Source of the DNA: Haliotis cracherodii
Lineage: Eukaryota
DNA: 64,000 bases
Direction: 5' to 3'
Assembly: GCF_022045235.1 (NCBI RefSeq)
Contig: NW_027266275.1
Coordinates: 60,016,001-60,080,000, forward strand
Within the stretch, counting starts at the first letter, position 1, and the number at the start of each line of letters is the position of its first letter. The position numbers were made by a program, and so were the translations under genes. Shown here piece by piece: positions 11,963 through 22,422 of the stretch. The notes under the pieces are model-generated. The model did not search any database. It was not told the origin of the DNA and saw only the letters and a list, made by a program, of their open reading frames with translations.

Positions 11963-13020
11963 ATGGATGATATTAATCTAGATAAGCTAATTGACACTAC
12001 TGCAGTTGAAGGGGGACTGATGAAACCAGCTTTATGAATCTTACTTACGAACTTTTGCAATCAGCTGTTAATGATTATTATGATGTCTTAAAAGAACACA
12101 AAAAGTATGTGACTCCTATAGGCCGTGACTATTCCTAGTTAACAATAGATAGTAAAGGAATATTGCGACTGCATGGCTCTCCAGATATTGATCTTATAAA
12201 TTCTTGTACTAGGAAACCCCTAGCGTTATCTACAGTAGCTGTGCATCGTGGCAGCATCAACATTATTCATAACATGAATAAGGTCTTGTAGACTATGACA
12301 ATTCACAAGTAAAACTTTCTGCAAAGACTACTAAGGTTCTTCAGACTGTGCGAACTGAACTTTAGCAACACTCAAAGGAGGCCTTGGATGGCCTCGGAGA
12401 AATCTTGGCAACCTATGAAGAGTCTACATTACAGGCACCATCCTTAGAGTACAGTATTAGAGGGTTATGAGGTCTTGACAAACAGTGTGGGGTCACTCAT
12501 CAATAATATAGCCAAGGCACATGGACTCGACAAGCATATAGCTTATGAGAAAACAAAAACTTGGCAGATGATGAATTCAGCAGATGCAGAGTTGCTGAAA
12601 GATTGAATAACTTAGAAGAAAGATCAGCCCGCTTGGAAGCAGCTTCCAATAATAGAGAAGTTCTTCATTCACAAATCAGTCGAATTTGAGAAACTATCAA
12701 TCAAGATTTCAATGATGATACCACACTGGCCGAAAAAAATAAAATATTGTTCAGAGAACAGGGGATAACCATTACCAGTATTTTAACTACATTGGGATTT
12801 ATCAACTTTGGCTCTTGGATTAACTGGAGGTGGTGGTATAGGCGGTGGCACACCTCCTAGTGATAAGGATGGTGTAAAAGAGTGGATAAAAAGCATTTAA
12901 AGGCATTAGGAGAAGCACTAGGCAAGCTCGCTGGGATAGCCGCGTCTTCACTTCCTGGTAGCGGGTATAGTATCCTGGCTCTTGAATGTATTAGTCAAGA
13001 CTGCCATTTGGGCAGTAATT
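11963..13020 (+). pseudogene. Coiled-coil protein with hydrophobic/amphipathic C-terminus (Polinton-associated, candidate membrane-active)
   Basis: Starts MDDINLDKL. The C-terminal part reads DDTTLAE..KILFREQGITITSILTTLGFI..LTGGGGIGGGTPPSDKDGVKEWIK..LKALGEALGKLAGIAASSLPG..IVSWLLNVL. Frameshifted. Confidence 0.6.
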
Positions 13021-13059
13021 GTAGCAATTGTCCGACTATTTATCCAAATCATTAGTAAA

Positions 13060-14185
13060 CCCGTCATGACTCTTCCTACTATAAGCCCTGTATTTTCATT
13101 GATATGTTGTTGATTTTGAGTCACAACATGTGGCTGTTGCACTTCTGTTAATTACAGTAGATGACCTTGACTTGACAATTCCTGTTTTGCCTGTGTTTGG
13201 TTGCGCTACTGATACAGTGTTAAGATCTGAATTGAAACCTACAACTACAATCATATTATTATAACCTACCACTTGGCCAACGTTAAGTTGCATGTTACTC
13301 GGTGTAAACATAGTCCACTTTAGATTCGGCAACTGTAGTACATCTTGGTATCAACGGGTGATGAAACAGCATCCTCTACATTTTTGCGCATTGAAAGCTG
13401 TCCCCGCACAAATGATGTTTGAGCGTGTTTGTGACTGAGCTCGAATGAGAGCCCAAACATAAGATCTGATTGAGTCACTAATAATTTCAGCGCCGGGGTG
13501 ACTAAAACCCTCTGATTTATTTTTTAAAATGTTCCAAGCATTATCAGCATCTTGTGCTTGGTCAACCTCTTGGACGGTGAAAGCAACACCACCCTGAAAG
13601 TTCATATGATCGTCTCTCCACTCGTTACTCGAGAGAGCAAAGCTCGGAAGAAGCCGACCCCTTATCAATAAACCATCGCTGACTTCTTTAACAGAGTGTG
13701 CGACACCGTATGGAATACCGAGACAATAGTTAACTCCACACAGACGCCAATCTTTACTCGTAGAAAAACCTAATTCCCCACAATTACGTTCATATGCTCG
13801 CCGATGGTACGGATTATTTGATACATTCTATGCATGATCCTGAATTGATGGTGCACTTATTTCTGTAAGGATGCGCCTAAGCTGATAGTACACATGAAAG
13901 AAGAAAACAGTATTAGTTTGTCGCGATGGTCACTAACAGATACTCCACAGCCTGTTGTGGCACACCATATAGCAAAGTTTAGCTGGTTTTGACAGAACTG
14001 CATCGGATTGGATAACCAGTCATGTACTGTTTTAACTTTTGTTGCTGTGGACCTGTAATTTCTAAAGATATCAGGGAATTGAGTTTTAAACTGAGCACCA
14101 GAGACATCGACTAAAATTGTCGATTACTGCAATACTACTCTCGGTTTTACCAGCTCCAATATTGAAGTAATAATATAGTATCTTT
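13060..14185 (-). pseudogene. Uncharacterised Polinton-associated ORF (degenerate)
   Basis: Fragments QFPDIFRNY, WLSNPMQFCQNQLNFAIWCATTGCGVS, FFFHVYYQLRRIL, NNPYHRRAYERNC, ISDSIRSYVWALIRAQSQTRSNI, NMQLNVGQVVGYNN lie in one orientation over about 1.1 kb. Confidence 0.6.
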
Positions 14186-14196
14186 GTATATTTAAT

Positions 14197-14815
14197 ATGT
14201 ATGCTACACTCCCGGGAATAACAAATGGTCAGTCTATTCAACTGCTTCACACTATTGATAACTTGGCAGGGCAACTTGAAGTTGCTCTCTGCAATATAAC
14301 GTATTACCCACAGTGGACCAATATAAGTACTGTGAGAGATAACGATAAGTTATTACTAGACAACGACTGTCATACTATATCTGATGGGTATTACAGTGTA
14401 TGATCATCACTCAATGATGAAATTTTAAAACCTTTTTGAGCTAGTTTCACACTAAATGAGTCGAATGGGGTGCTGATTTTTTAAGCAGTGGAACACATTA
14501 TATAAACTTGACAGGGACTTAGCAAAAACACTTGGACACAACAGTGGCACCCAACACAACAGTGCATGGAGTTAAATTTCCCGATATAGTTCCCTATCAA
14601 AAGTTGTGCATCCATCTTGAACAGATTAGTACAACAAATAATATTGAATACAAAAGTCCTTCAGCTTTACTAAGAGCTAACAGAATCGTTGTCATCATTG
14701 CAGTATAAGAAGTTAAGGTGGGGTATTATTACAGAGCTAATGATTTCTGTATTAGATGTAAAACATCAACCTGTACATATGGGATATTTGAGCGTGTCAC
14801 TCCATATTATAAATA
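14197..14815 (+). pseudogene. Putative minor capsid/penton (single jelly-roll) remnant
   Basis: MYATLPG...LEVALCNITYYPQWTNI...ISDGYYS, later LCIHLEQISTTNN..ALL..QYKKL..ELMISVLD. The EVAL-I-YP-W-NI and GYY pattern and ~200-codon size resemble Polinton mCP. Confidence 0.55.
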
Positions 14816-15097
14816 ATGGTTAGTGGACTCTATGAAGCATTATACAACCTTGTTCGCGCCAATAACCATGGACTCGAAGCAAAAATCGAATGGCTACTGA
14901 ATATCGTCATTGCCCCACCATATGTGACGAGGGACAAGGCACATCATTTAACTAAAATAATGAATAGTGGGGTCATACTCGGGGCTTATATTCCCTCAAA
15001 ACGAAAGAGTGTGTTAGTCGCTCCCCTGCAAGATGGCCCAGGCTATATGTTATTGAGTCCAGCATTAAAAGATGTTAACTTAACTTTGGTTACTTAA
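14816..15097 (+). CDS. Small uncharacterised ORF inside the Polinton-like element
   Basis: Intact 93-aa ATG-started ORF directly after the penton-like gene, preceded by the AT-rich tataaataATG context seen at other element genes. Confidence 0.35.
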   Translation: MVSGLYEALYNLVRANNHGLEAKIEWLLNIVIAPPYVTRDKAHHLTKIMNSGVILGAYIPSKRKSVLVAPLQDGPGYMLLSPALKDVNLTLVT

Positions 15098-15439
15098 TTC
15101 AATGATATATTAAACAACTTTAATGCTATACCCACAAGCGCTACACTTCTTGTGGAATTCTTGTTTGGGGATGCGCCAGAACATGGCCTCGTGATATTAC
15201 CGGGGCTATCAATTAAATGGTTTAAAAGACATGAACGTCAACGTTGTAGTAGTATTTTCGGAGCGGGATACAATCTTATTACTTCAACCCTTAATGGTAT
15301 TGAAGTTAATATTATGAGTCTTTCGCTTTTTATGATATTTATACCCTATATTATAATCTAAAAAGGATGATGTATACCCCTTGACATTCTCGACCGACCA
15401 GTTAAACCCTCTTGTATAATATAATAATAAATTTACTAT

Positions 15440-15960
15440 GATTATGGGTTTATATCCAGCGCTCGATGAAGCATCTGAAAAAAGGGATACTGTTGATGAA
15501 TTTCGATTACATCAAATAAGTGAAATAAAACATCACATAGATAAGGGGCATGATTCCAGATTATTAGACTTGGATTATATAAAATGTATAGCAGAGCCTT
15601 GAATGCTCTTAGTGGTGTTGAAACTGCACTTAGCTAGTAGCAGCTAGGATGTAGCCGGTGTTGGTTTATTATCAACTATAATCGCCACGCCTATCATATA
15701 TGGCATGGAAGTGCAGTCTCTGGACTGGCAGGAGTAGCTCTTAAATTTATTTGCAAAAACAAAGCATTAAAACATGATAGTATTCGTGTCTTGGCTGAAG
15801 CAAAGTTAAATAGCATTGAGGATCATATCTCAACAACACTGGCTGATTGCAAGATATCCGAGAAGGAGTTTCGTTTAGTGTTATTAGTAAACAGGATATT
15901 CGGTCAAAATCTCATAAGACCAGTGGCATAAGTGAAGACGAGAAAAAAGTTCACAGAACA
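15440..15960 (+). pseudogene. Polinton-associated ORF with two predicted transmembrane helices (degenerate)
   Basis: YPALDE...FRLHQISEIK...ALNALSGVETAL...VAGVGLLSTIIATPIIYGMEV...GLAGVALKFIC...KHDSIRVLAEAKLNSIEDHISTTLADCKISEKEFRLVL, read across frameshifts. Confidence 0.6.
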
Positions 15961-16027
15961 AAGAAAACCAAAACCAAAAAACTGGTTGGAGATTAAGAAT
16001 AAATTGTTTCCTCGATATGCATCGTAA

Positions 16028-16150
16028 TCAATGACGATCATTTGATCGCATTGCATAATTTGCATAAACAATTACGTCTGTAGAAGCATTGATAGGGTTC
16101 GGGCCTGGTCTTGGGCGGGTTGCGGTAGAACCCTCATCACCTATACTACA
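16028..16150 (-). repeat. Right terminal inverted repeat of the Polinton-like element
   Basis: Reverse complement matches 5358-5478; ends ...cctatactaca. Confidence 0.9.
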
Positions 16151-17341
16151 ATCTTCAATCATTTCAACTGGTTCGCCCCAATGCAAATGCAACACGCCTT
16201 CGGTAGTTTGACATTTGTTACTTGCGATTAAACACTTACGACGAACATAAATATCCATATAACACCACCGAGCCTGCATTGAGCAAGGCGATTGGTGATC
16301 ACATCATGCCAACATTTCACAACTATCGTTTCCGGAAGGCATTTATTAAACCCGAGAGTGTTCATGCGTTTACACCAGCGCTACATTGCCTGTTGTAAAT
16401 ACGGTAATCGCTAGCGTTGAATTTATTGCATTTCACTTCTATGCCCGGAAGCAGAACTCCACAACAAATCATTTGGACAGAAATGACATTTGGGCAACCT
16501 TGTCTCAATCACACTTGTATCTTTTTCATATTTCTTGATAAAAAGCAACACACTACGGGTACATTGCAGCATATATCTGAAACGAAGAGTAAATCATGCT
16601 AAAAAACTTGTTTCATTAAAGTATTGCTTGAGAAAAAACTGTTAATTCTTACATGATGACATGTTTCGTTTCAGGGAGTCCTGTTATCTGATTTCATAGC
16701 TATTTTAACTGAATGGCGGTGATATAAAGCACACCTGGTTTATCTCCCTGGGTAGGCATGTCGACAGTGCAAAAACTTAAACAGATTCGTGTGTGGTTTT
16801 CGTGACTATGGATGATACCATATGGCCTGAAATTAGTTTAAGATGTACATAAAAATGCCCCACTTTCATGTTGAATATGAATGTCGAGATAGCTTCGAAA
16901 CGTATGATGTTCTTAAAACCTTATCACCAGCCGCATAATATGATATAGCAGTTCCTCGGAATAAACTCTTAGTGCAGTACTGATATGTTCTTTGTGTTTT
17001 CTTATCAAAGTAAATCCATTAGCGAAGGACACGATACGATCGGAAAGTACAAAAACGGTGTAACACTTCAAACCGTCAACATATAACAGGAAGTTGTCAA
17101 GATTATCGACAGTTGGTTTTATGACGTTTGCACTCATGTTTGCAGGCATAAATGATGAACTCCATCTGTGTAGTTACAGAAATAGACCCAGTGTTGTGTC
17201 CGAGTATCTTCACGTTGCAAAAAAAATGCAAGTTTAATCCAGATGTTTCGGTTCTCTTTGAATATGTTCTATAATTGGATTTTCAAACATGGAGTAATGA
17301 TAGTATGATTTTCTTGTTTCTAAGTGATCATCCGCTGCATT

Positions 17342-17344
<3 letters not shown>

Positions 17345-17383
<39 letters not shown>

Positions 17384-17425
17384 TGTGTGTGTGTCTGTGT
17401 CTGTCTGTATGTCTGTATGTGTGTC
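17345..17425 (+). repeat. (GT)n microsatellite with a GTCT-degenerate tail
   Basis: Visible in sequence. Confidence 0.97.
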
Positions 17426-18899
17426 TGCGTATACCGAAGTCATTGGTGAGTGGGGATGTGACTAGGTAGCATGTCAAGACGTTAAATAACGTTGACGTCA
17501 TGGAATAGTAACGTCACTTTCGACAATAACACCTTAAGGGAATTGTGCCACATCTACAGACTGGCGATATTTATCAACAGATAAAACTCTTGACCAATTA
17601 ACCATGTGAAAAAAAAGAAATGGTTTTCGTTCAACTTGACGTTTTGATTTGTTTACCACACGTAGCCTTTTAGGTATTGTTTTATTAACAATACACATCG
17701 TATCGTTGCATGCAATAGCTAGACTGCAAAGGTTTAAGGCGGATGAAGGAAGTGAAGTTTATATTGTTTTGCAAGGTGATGCTCCTATATTATTTCATGA
17801 AGGTCTCAAACGTCGACGTTGGCCACATATTGATACATTGCTTTTTAGAATGATGTTGGATAGTAAGTAAAATCGACTCGTAGCTTCGGAATATGCTACT
17901 TTCATCTACTCGTGTTGATAGAATTGAAATCAAAAGACCCCCGTGTGGGATTCTGTGTAAAAAAAACAATCTACATACCTCCAGGATATCTGCTAATCAT
18001 CTGAGCTTATATCTACTTCAACCACGGTAAAGTCATGCCCATCCAAGAAGCAAACCCACGTAATTAACGTTAACTGTATTATAATCTGTGGTTAATTACA
18101 ATTTCCACCTTGGCAGTTTCATGCTATTTCAATAAATATTCGTAACGTCTTAATATAATTCCATTACATGTTTAAGGATTGGAATTTCACATGTGTAGAT
18201 ATATCTCATCTTATCCTCAAATATTCAAATTGAAACAACCAAGGTTGAGATGTATGGATTCAATAAAAGTTAAAAGTTTACACCAACCATAAGTTTAACA
18301 CCAGCCACCAAGATAAGGACCACGATAACGATGTTCTATATAATTTTTATACTGCTAAGTGTTGTATCATTATCGTTCATCACCTTATTTATTTTCTGTT
18401 AATCTATTTTGATGGTGTGTCAACCTGATGGTGACCTTTACTTATTGACCATTAGCCGGTCTTGGTGAGGATGCGGTGTCTGCGTACACGTACAGTGATG
18501 TCCCTTAAGCACGGATCAATAACTATGTGTGATATTATCTTCTTTGATATGTATACTCAGCTGCTCCTACTACTTATCCAGTCTATCGGAACGGGGCTAG
18601 ATAAGTGTGATGCATTACATTTGCAGTAAAGATCATAGGTGTCTACATTAGTGTATATTATATCCTAACAGCATGTATATTTGGCCTCTTGAGAATACCA
18701 TGAGGTAATGCTAATCTCTCCACTTCAGTTTAGATATAAGATAGAGATTCAAAATATTCAATGAATAGGACATTTGAAACCTCCCCTGGCATGCAAAAAT
18801 CTGTCAGTTACCTATGCTTTGCTTTGCATTATAAATCATTAAAACCTGCCTATCTGTACCTTGCCTTATTAACTCAAAAAGCAACATAGTAAGCAGATA

Positions 18900-19450
18900 C
18901 GTCATTGTGTCTGTCATACGAGATATCAGCCGAGAATGAACAGAATGCCACATCTTGATTACAACATAACTATTAATTTATAAACCCTTTCCATATTCAC
19001 AAGAAATTGATTCAGTATATAGCATGAGCATATGTTTATGAATCACTATGAACTATTGGTGATGACAAGTGTGCGTGTGCGCGCCCTGCCCCATCGGTGG
19101 AGCAAGTCACAAACACATGCAAAAGCAAGTCAATTTTTCACCTAAAACAACATGAGAACACATGGTCAAAAGAAGGCAAAATAAGAAATTGCACACGTCT
19201 ACCAGAAAACGGTTTGAAAGTTTTACTGAGGTCTTCAATGTAACCTTGATCAAACAACTCGTATAGCGCGCTCTTTGAAATCCTCGTAGAAAGAGCATGC
19301 TTGAATGCACCTCAAAAGTTGTGAAATGTAGATACCAAAGGCTGGAGCTACTGGAATATTGCTCGACATGAAGGGAAAGTAGACCACTGGAAAGTTGAAG
19401 ACATCCTTCTGGCAATGCAGTGTTGTGAATATTTTTTGTCACTCTGAATG
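18900..19450 (-). mobile_element. 3' fragment of a Penelope-like retroelement (RT C-terminus plus 3' UTR)
   Basis: Minus strand QKDVFNFPVVYFPFMSSNIPVAPAFGIYISQLLRCIQACSFYEDFKER matches the DKRDDFNF..FPF..SNIP..AYG.YISQLIR motif of PLE RTs. It is followed by a UTR segment repeated elsewhere in the window. Confidence 0.8.
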
Positions 19451-22153
19451 TTCATGCATAGGTAAAATACTGAAACCGATGATGCGGTTTGACTGGTCTA
19501 TTATATTTCTTGTATTATGTTTATACAGACTGATATAGTATCATTTATACCATGCAAATATTTACAACTGATTTACAAACAAACAAAGTGTTAAAATGGT
19601 GCGTCCAAACGTGCAGATTAAATAATTGGTTTGGACCTCATAATGATGGTTGTAGGAAAATATATAGACAAATGCATTTGCTCCACCAAGGAGCAGCAAT
19701 CTTTCAGAATCTTTAGTAGTATATTTTACACTTTGCACAAAGTGGTAATGTTATAAAGGACATAGTTTGAAGAGATGCCACACGGAGATGCAGTCTTTCC
19801 GACATTTAGTTGAGTATAATGATGCCAGAAGTTATAAAACGGCAATGGCCTACATTGGTACAGATTCATTCGTGCTAAAACAGACCCGCTCCTTTGAGAG
19901 CTAAGGTCCTCGTATAAGTAATGCGATTATATTTAATGTACGTAACTCGTTCCTTGATGTCTTTGCCAGAATCCTCTCTGTCGATTACGTAATAAACTCT
20001 GAACCACTCCCAGGCACTTGCTGAATGACATATTGCCCTCGGAAAATACCACATGTGTTTCGAAATAAGAAACAAATCACAGACGTTTGTGTTGATAACA
20101 TCTGCAGAGGGTTCTCGGGTTCCAATATGCACTTCCAATTATACAGATACAATTAGAATCTGTGTATGTGTTGGCCACATAATTCTCTGGATGTTTATGT
20201 GAAAAAACGTCCAGCGATTATTATCGGTTAACTTTAAATAGCACGGCATGCCCCGTGTGTTATGGAATGGTGTAATTAACTGTAGTGCCAAAGTACGCCA
20301 TTTCCAGGGCGCTTATTGTGAATGAGATTAAATATAAAGGTAAAAACTGTGCTAAAAGAAGAAACAGACATAAAAGAAACTTCTGATAGAATAGTTGCAA
20401 TTATGCAGACATGGACTCGTGATCAAAAGTGGATCCGGAGAAGCTATTTTTGTCGTCGTAGGATCACTGATCCGTACGCAGCTATCACAAACAGTGCCTG
20501 GAAGAGTATTCCTTCTTTGACCGAACTGTGGTGTTCTACTCAACGACAGATGGACATTCACGGTGTCATTGGAATATGTTTGTAGCACCAAATACTGCTA
20601 TATGAAACGAATTGATTGAGTCTTAAGGTGGCGAGGGAGTCCTATTCATGAACTTGTCTTTCAAGGAGGGATGTACATACAGAATCTGTCCCCATTGAAC
20701 CGTATTTTATAGTCACCCGAACGCAGGTCCTAGATGCAAATTACTTTGGATAAAACAAACACAAATTGGAATAATGCTGACAGAAGGAACAGTATCGAGG
20801 CAAACCTGGGAGTCGGCAGGTCATGGGGCAACATAGGGCATACAACTGGTGAACGCTTTAGAAAGGACGGACAGATATGATCAATGACGAGATAGTATAC
20901 ATGTACTTGTTTTAAATGTATCAGTTCTATCTTTGTCCTTAAAGACGACGTTTTTGTGTGTACCAGTCCCGCTTCATAACATATCAAATTACTACATGAA
21001 TAAAAGTATAGATTCAAATATTACCTAATATACCAAACCTTTAAAAAGATAGCAAAGGAGAGTCAAGGGTTCATCTGAACAAACACGGGAACATGCAGTC
21101 ATTTTTGGAGAATGGGGTATGTGTGGCCTAACGGGCCTAAATTCGCTGTGCAGAGGGACCTGTGTCCCTTGGGCACGCCATAAAACCTATGTCAGTGATC
21201 GTGGGTTCGAATCCCGGTTCGCCCAGATTGTATTTATAGGCATGTCAGCACCATACCCGTGCTCGTGGATTAAAAAAGGTTGTAACCGAACTACAGACCT
21301 GAACTACTTCGGGCTTTCCTTCCACATTGGTACGTCGTGATATAACTGGAATAATGTTCAAAGCGGCGGTAAGCCCAACTCACTCGCTCACTTTTGGCGA
21401 AACCAAGATATAAATTGACCTCAGTGGTACTTCCTTGATAGTGGGGGGTCTAATGGTTTCTGGATGCGTATATTTCAACATTGATATTTAAACTGCATCT
21501 ACGCATTATCTTAAGTTTCTTTAAACTGAAATGTCCTCAATGTGAATGTGCCAATAAGCCTAGTTGAATGATTAAGCCTTCCACTAATTGTTATGATGCA
21601 GAATTATAGTTATAATTTTAATTCTCAAAAAATGTCAAATTGTAGATTAAGAGTTCAACAAACATGCCGCAATAAATCTGACTTCATCGTAAAACATTCT
21701 AAACCATCTGTATAGTATAGATACTTACATGAATTACGCTGACATTAAAAGTTAAGAAATTAGATTAAAGTTTTGAAGTGTTCCTGTTTTAGAAGGCCAG
21801 TCTGAGCACATGTTATGGCATTACAATGTGCTTTAAATTTCTCCTGCCCTTCCAGCAGTAAATGGCACCACTAGAGCACATGCCATGGTTACGAATCTTT
21901 ATGATCTATCTCTGTGGCGTTTTCATTTCAGCATGGAGTGCAATGGACCAAAATACCGGTCTCTCCCGCCCGTATTAACCACCTGTCCGCTTGATTAATA
22001 CCATTTCAAATATAGACGGTTGTGAACCCAATTAAAAGCAAACTATTTACCTTGCCAGATTCCACATTAAACTTGGAATATTGATTATTATAGACATTTA
22101 ATGGATTCAAGATTTCCCACATCTTGTTTTAATCGGAAAGTGCCTATTTCTGG

Positions 22154-22422
22154 TTGGTTGGTTGGTTTGTTGTTTAACGCCGCACTCAGCAATATTCGGA
22201 TATATGACGGCGGTCTGTAAATAATCGAGTCTGGACCAGGTAATCCAGTGATTGATATCAAAAGCATCGATCCACGCAATTGGGATCAATGCCATGCATC
22301 AACTAAGTCAGCGAGCCTCACCACCCGATCCCGTTAGTCGCCTTTTACGACAAGCATAGTCGCCTTTTACGGCAAGCATGGGTTGCTGAAGCCCTATTCT
22401 ACCCCGGAATCTTCACGGGTCA
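22154..22422 (-). mobile_element. SINE family B (Nin-domain-like core), full copy with TSD
   Basis: Core gcttgtcgtaaaaggcgactaa, tail gaatattgctgagtgcggcgttaaac plus (caac)n. 11-bp TSD cctatttctgg at 22143-22153 and 22423-22433. Confidence 0.85.

Larger units (their letters stand above)
5358..16150. mobile_element. Degenerate Polinton/Maverick (adintovirus-like) endogenous DNA virus, internally deleted
   Basis: Inverted termini: left 5358 tgtagtataggtgattggcgttctgccgcaacccacccta...; the right end reverse-complemented from 16150 reads tgtagtataggtgatgagggttctaccgcaacccgcccaa.... Flanks atctc (5353-5357) and atctt (16151-16155). The interior holds integrase, pPolB N-terminal, ATPase and capsid-like pseudogenes. 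Confidence 0.9.
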
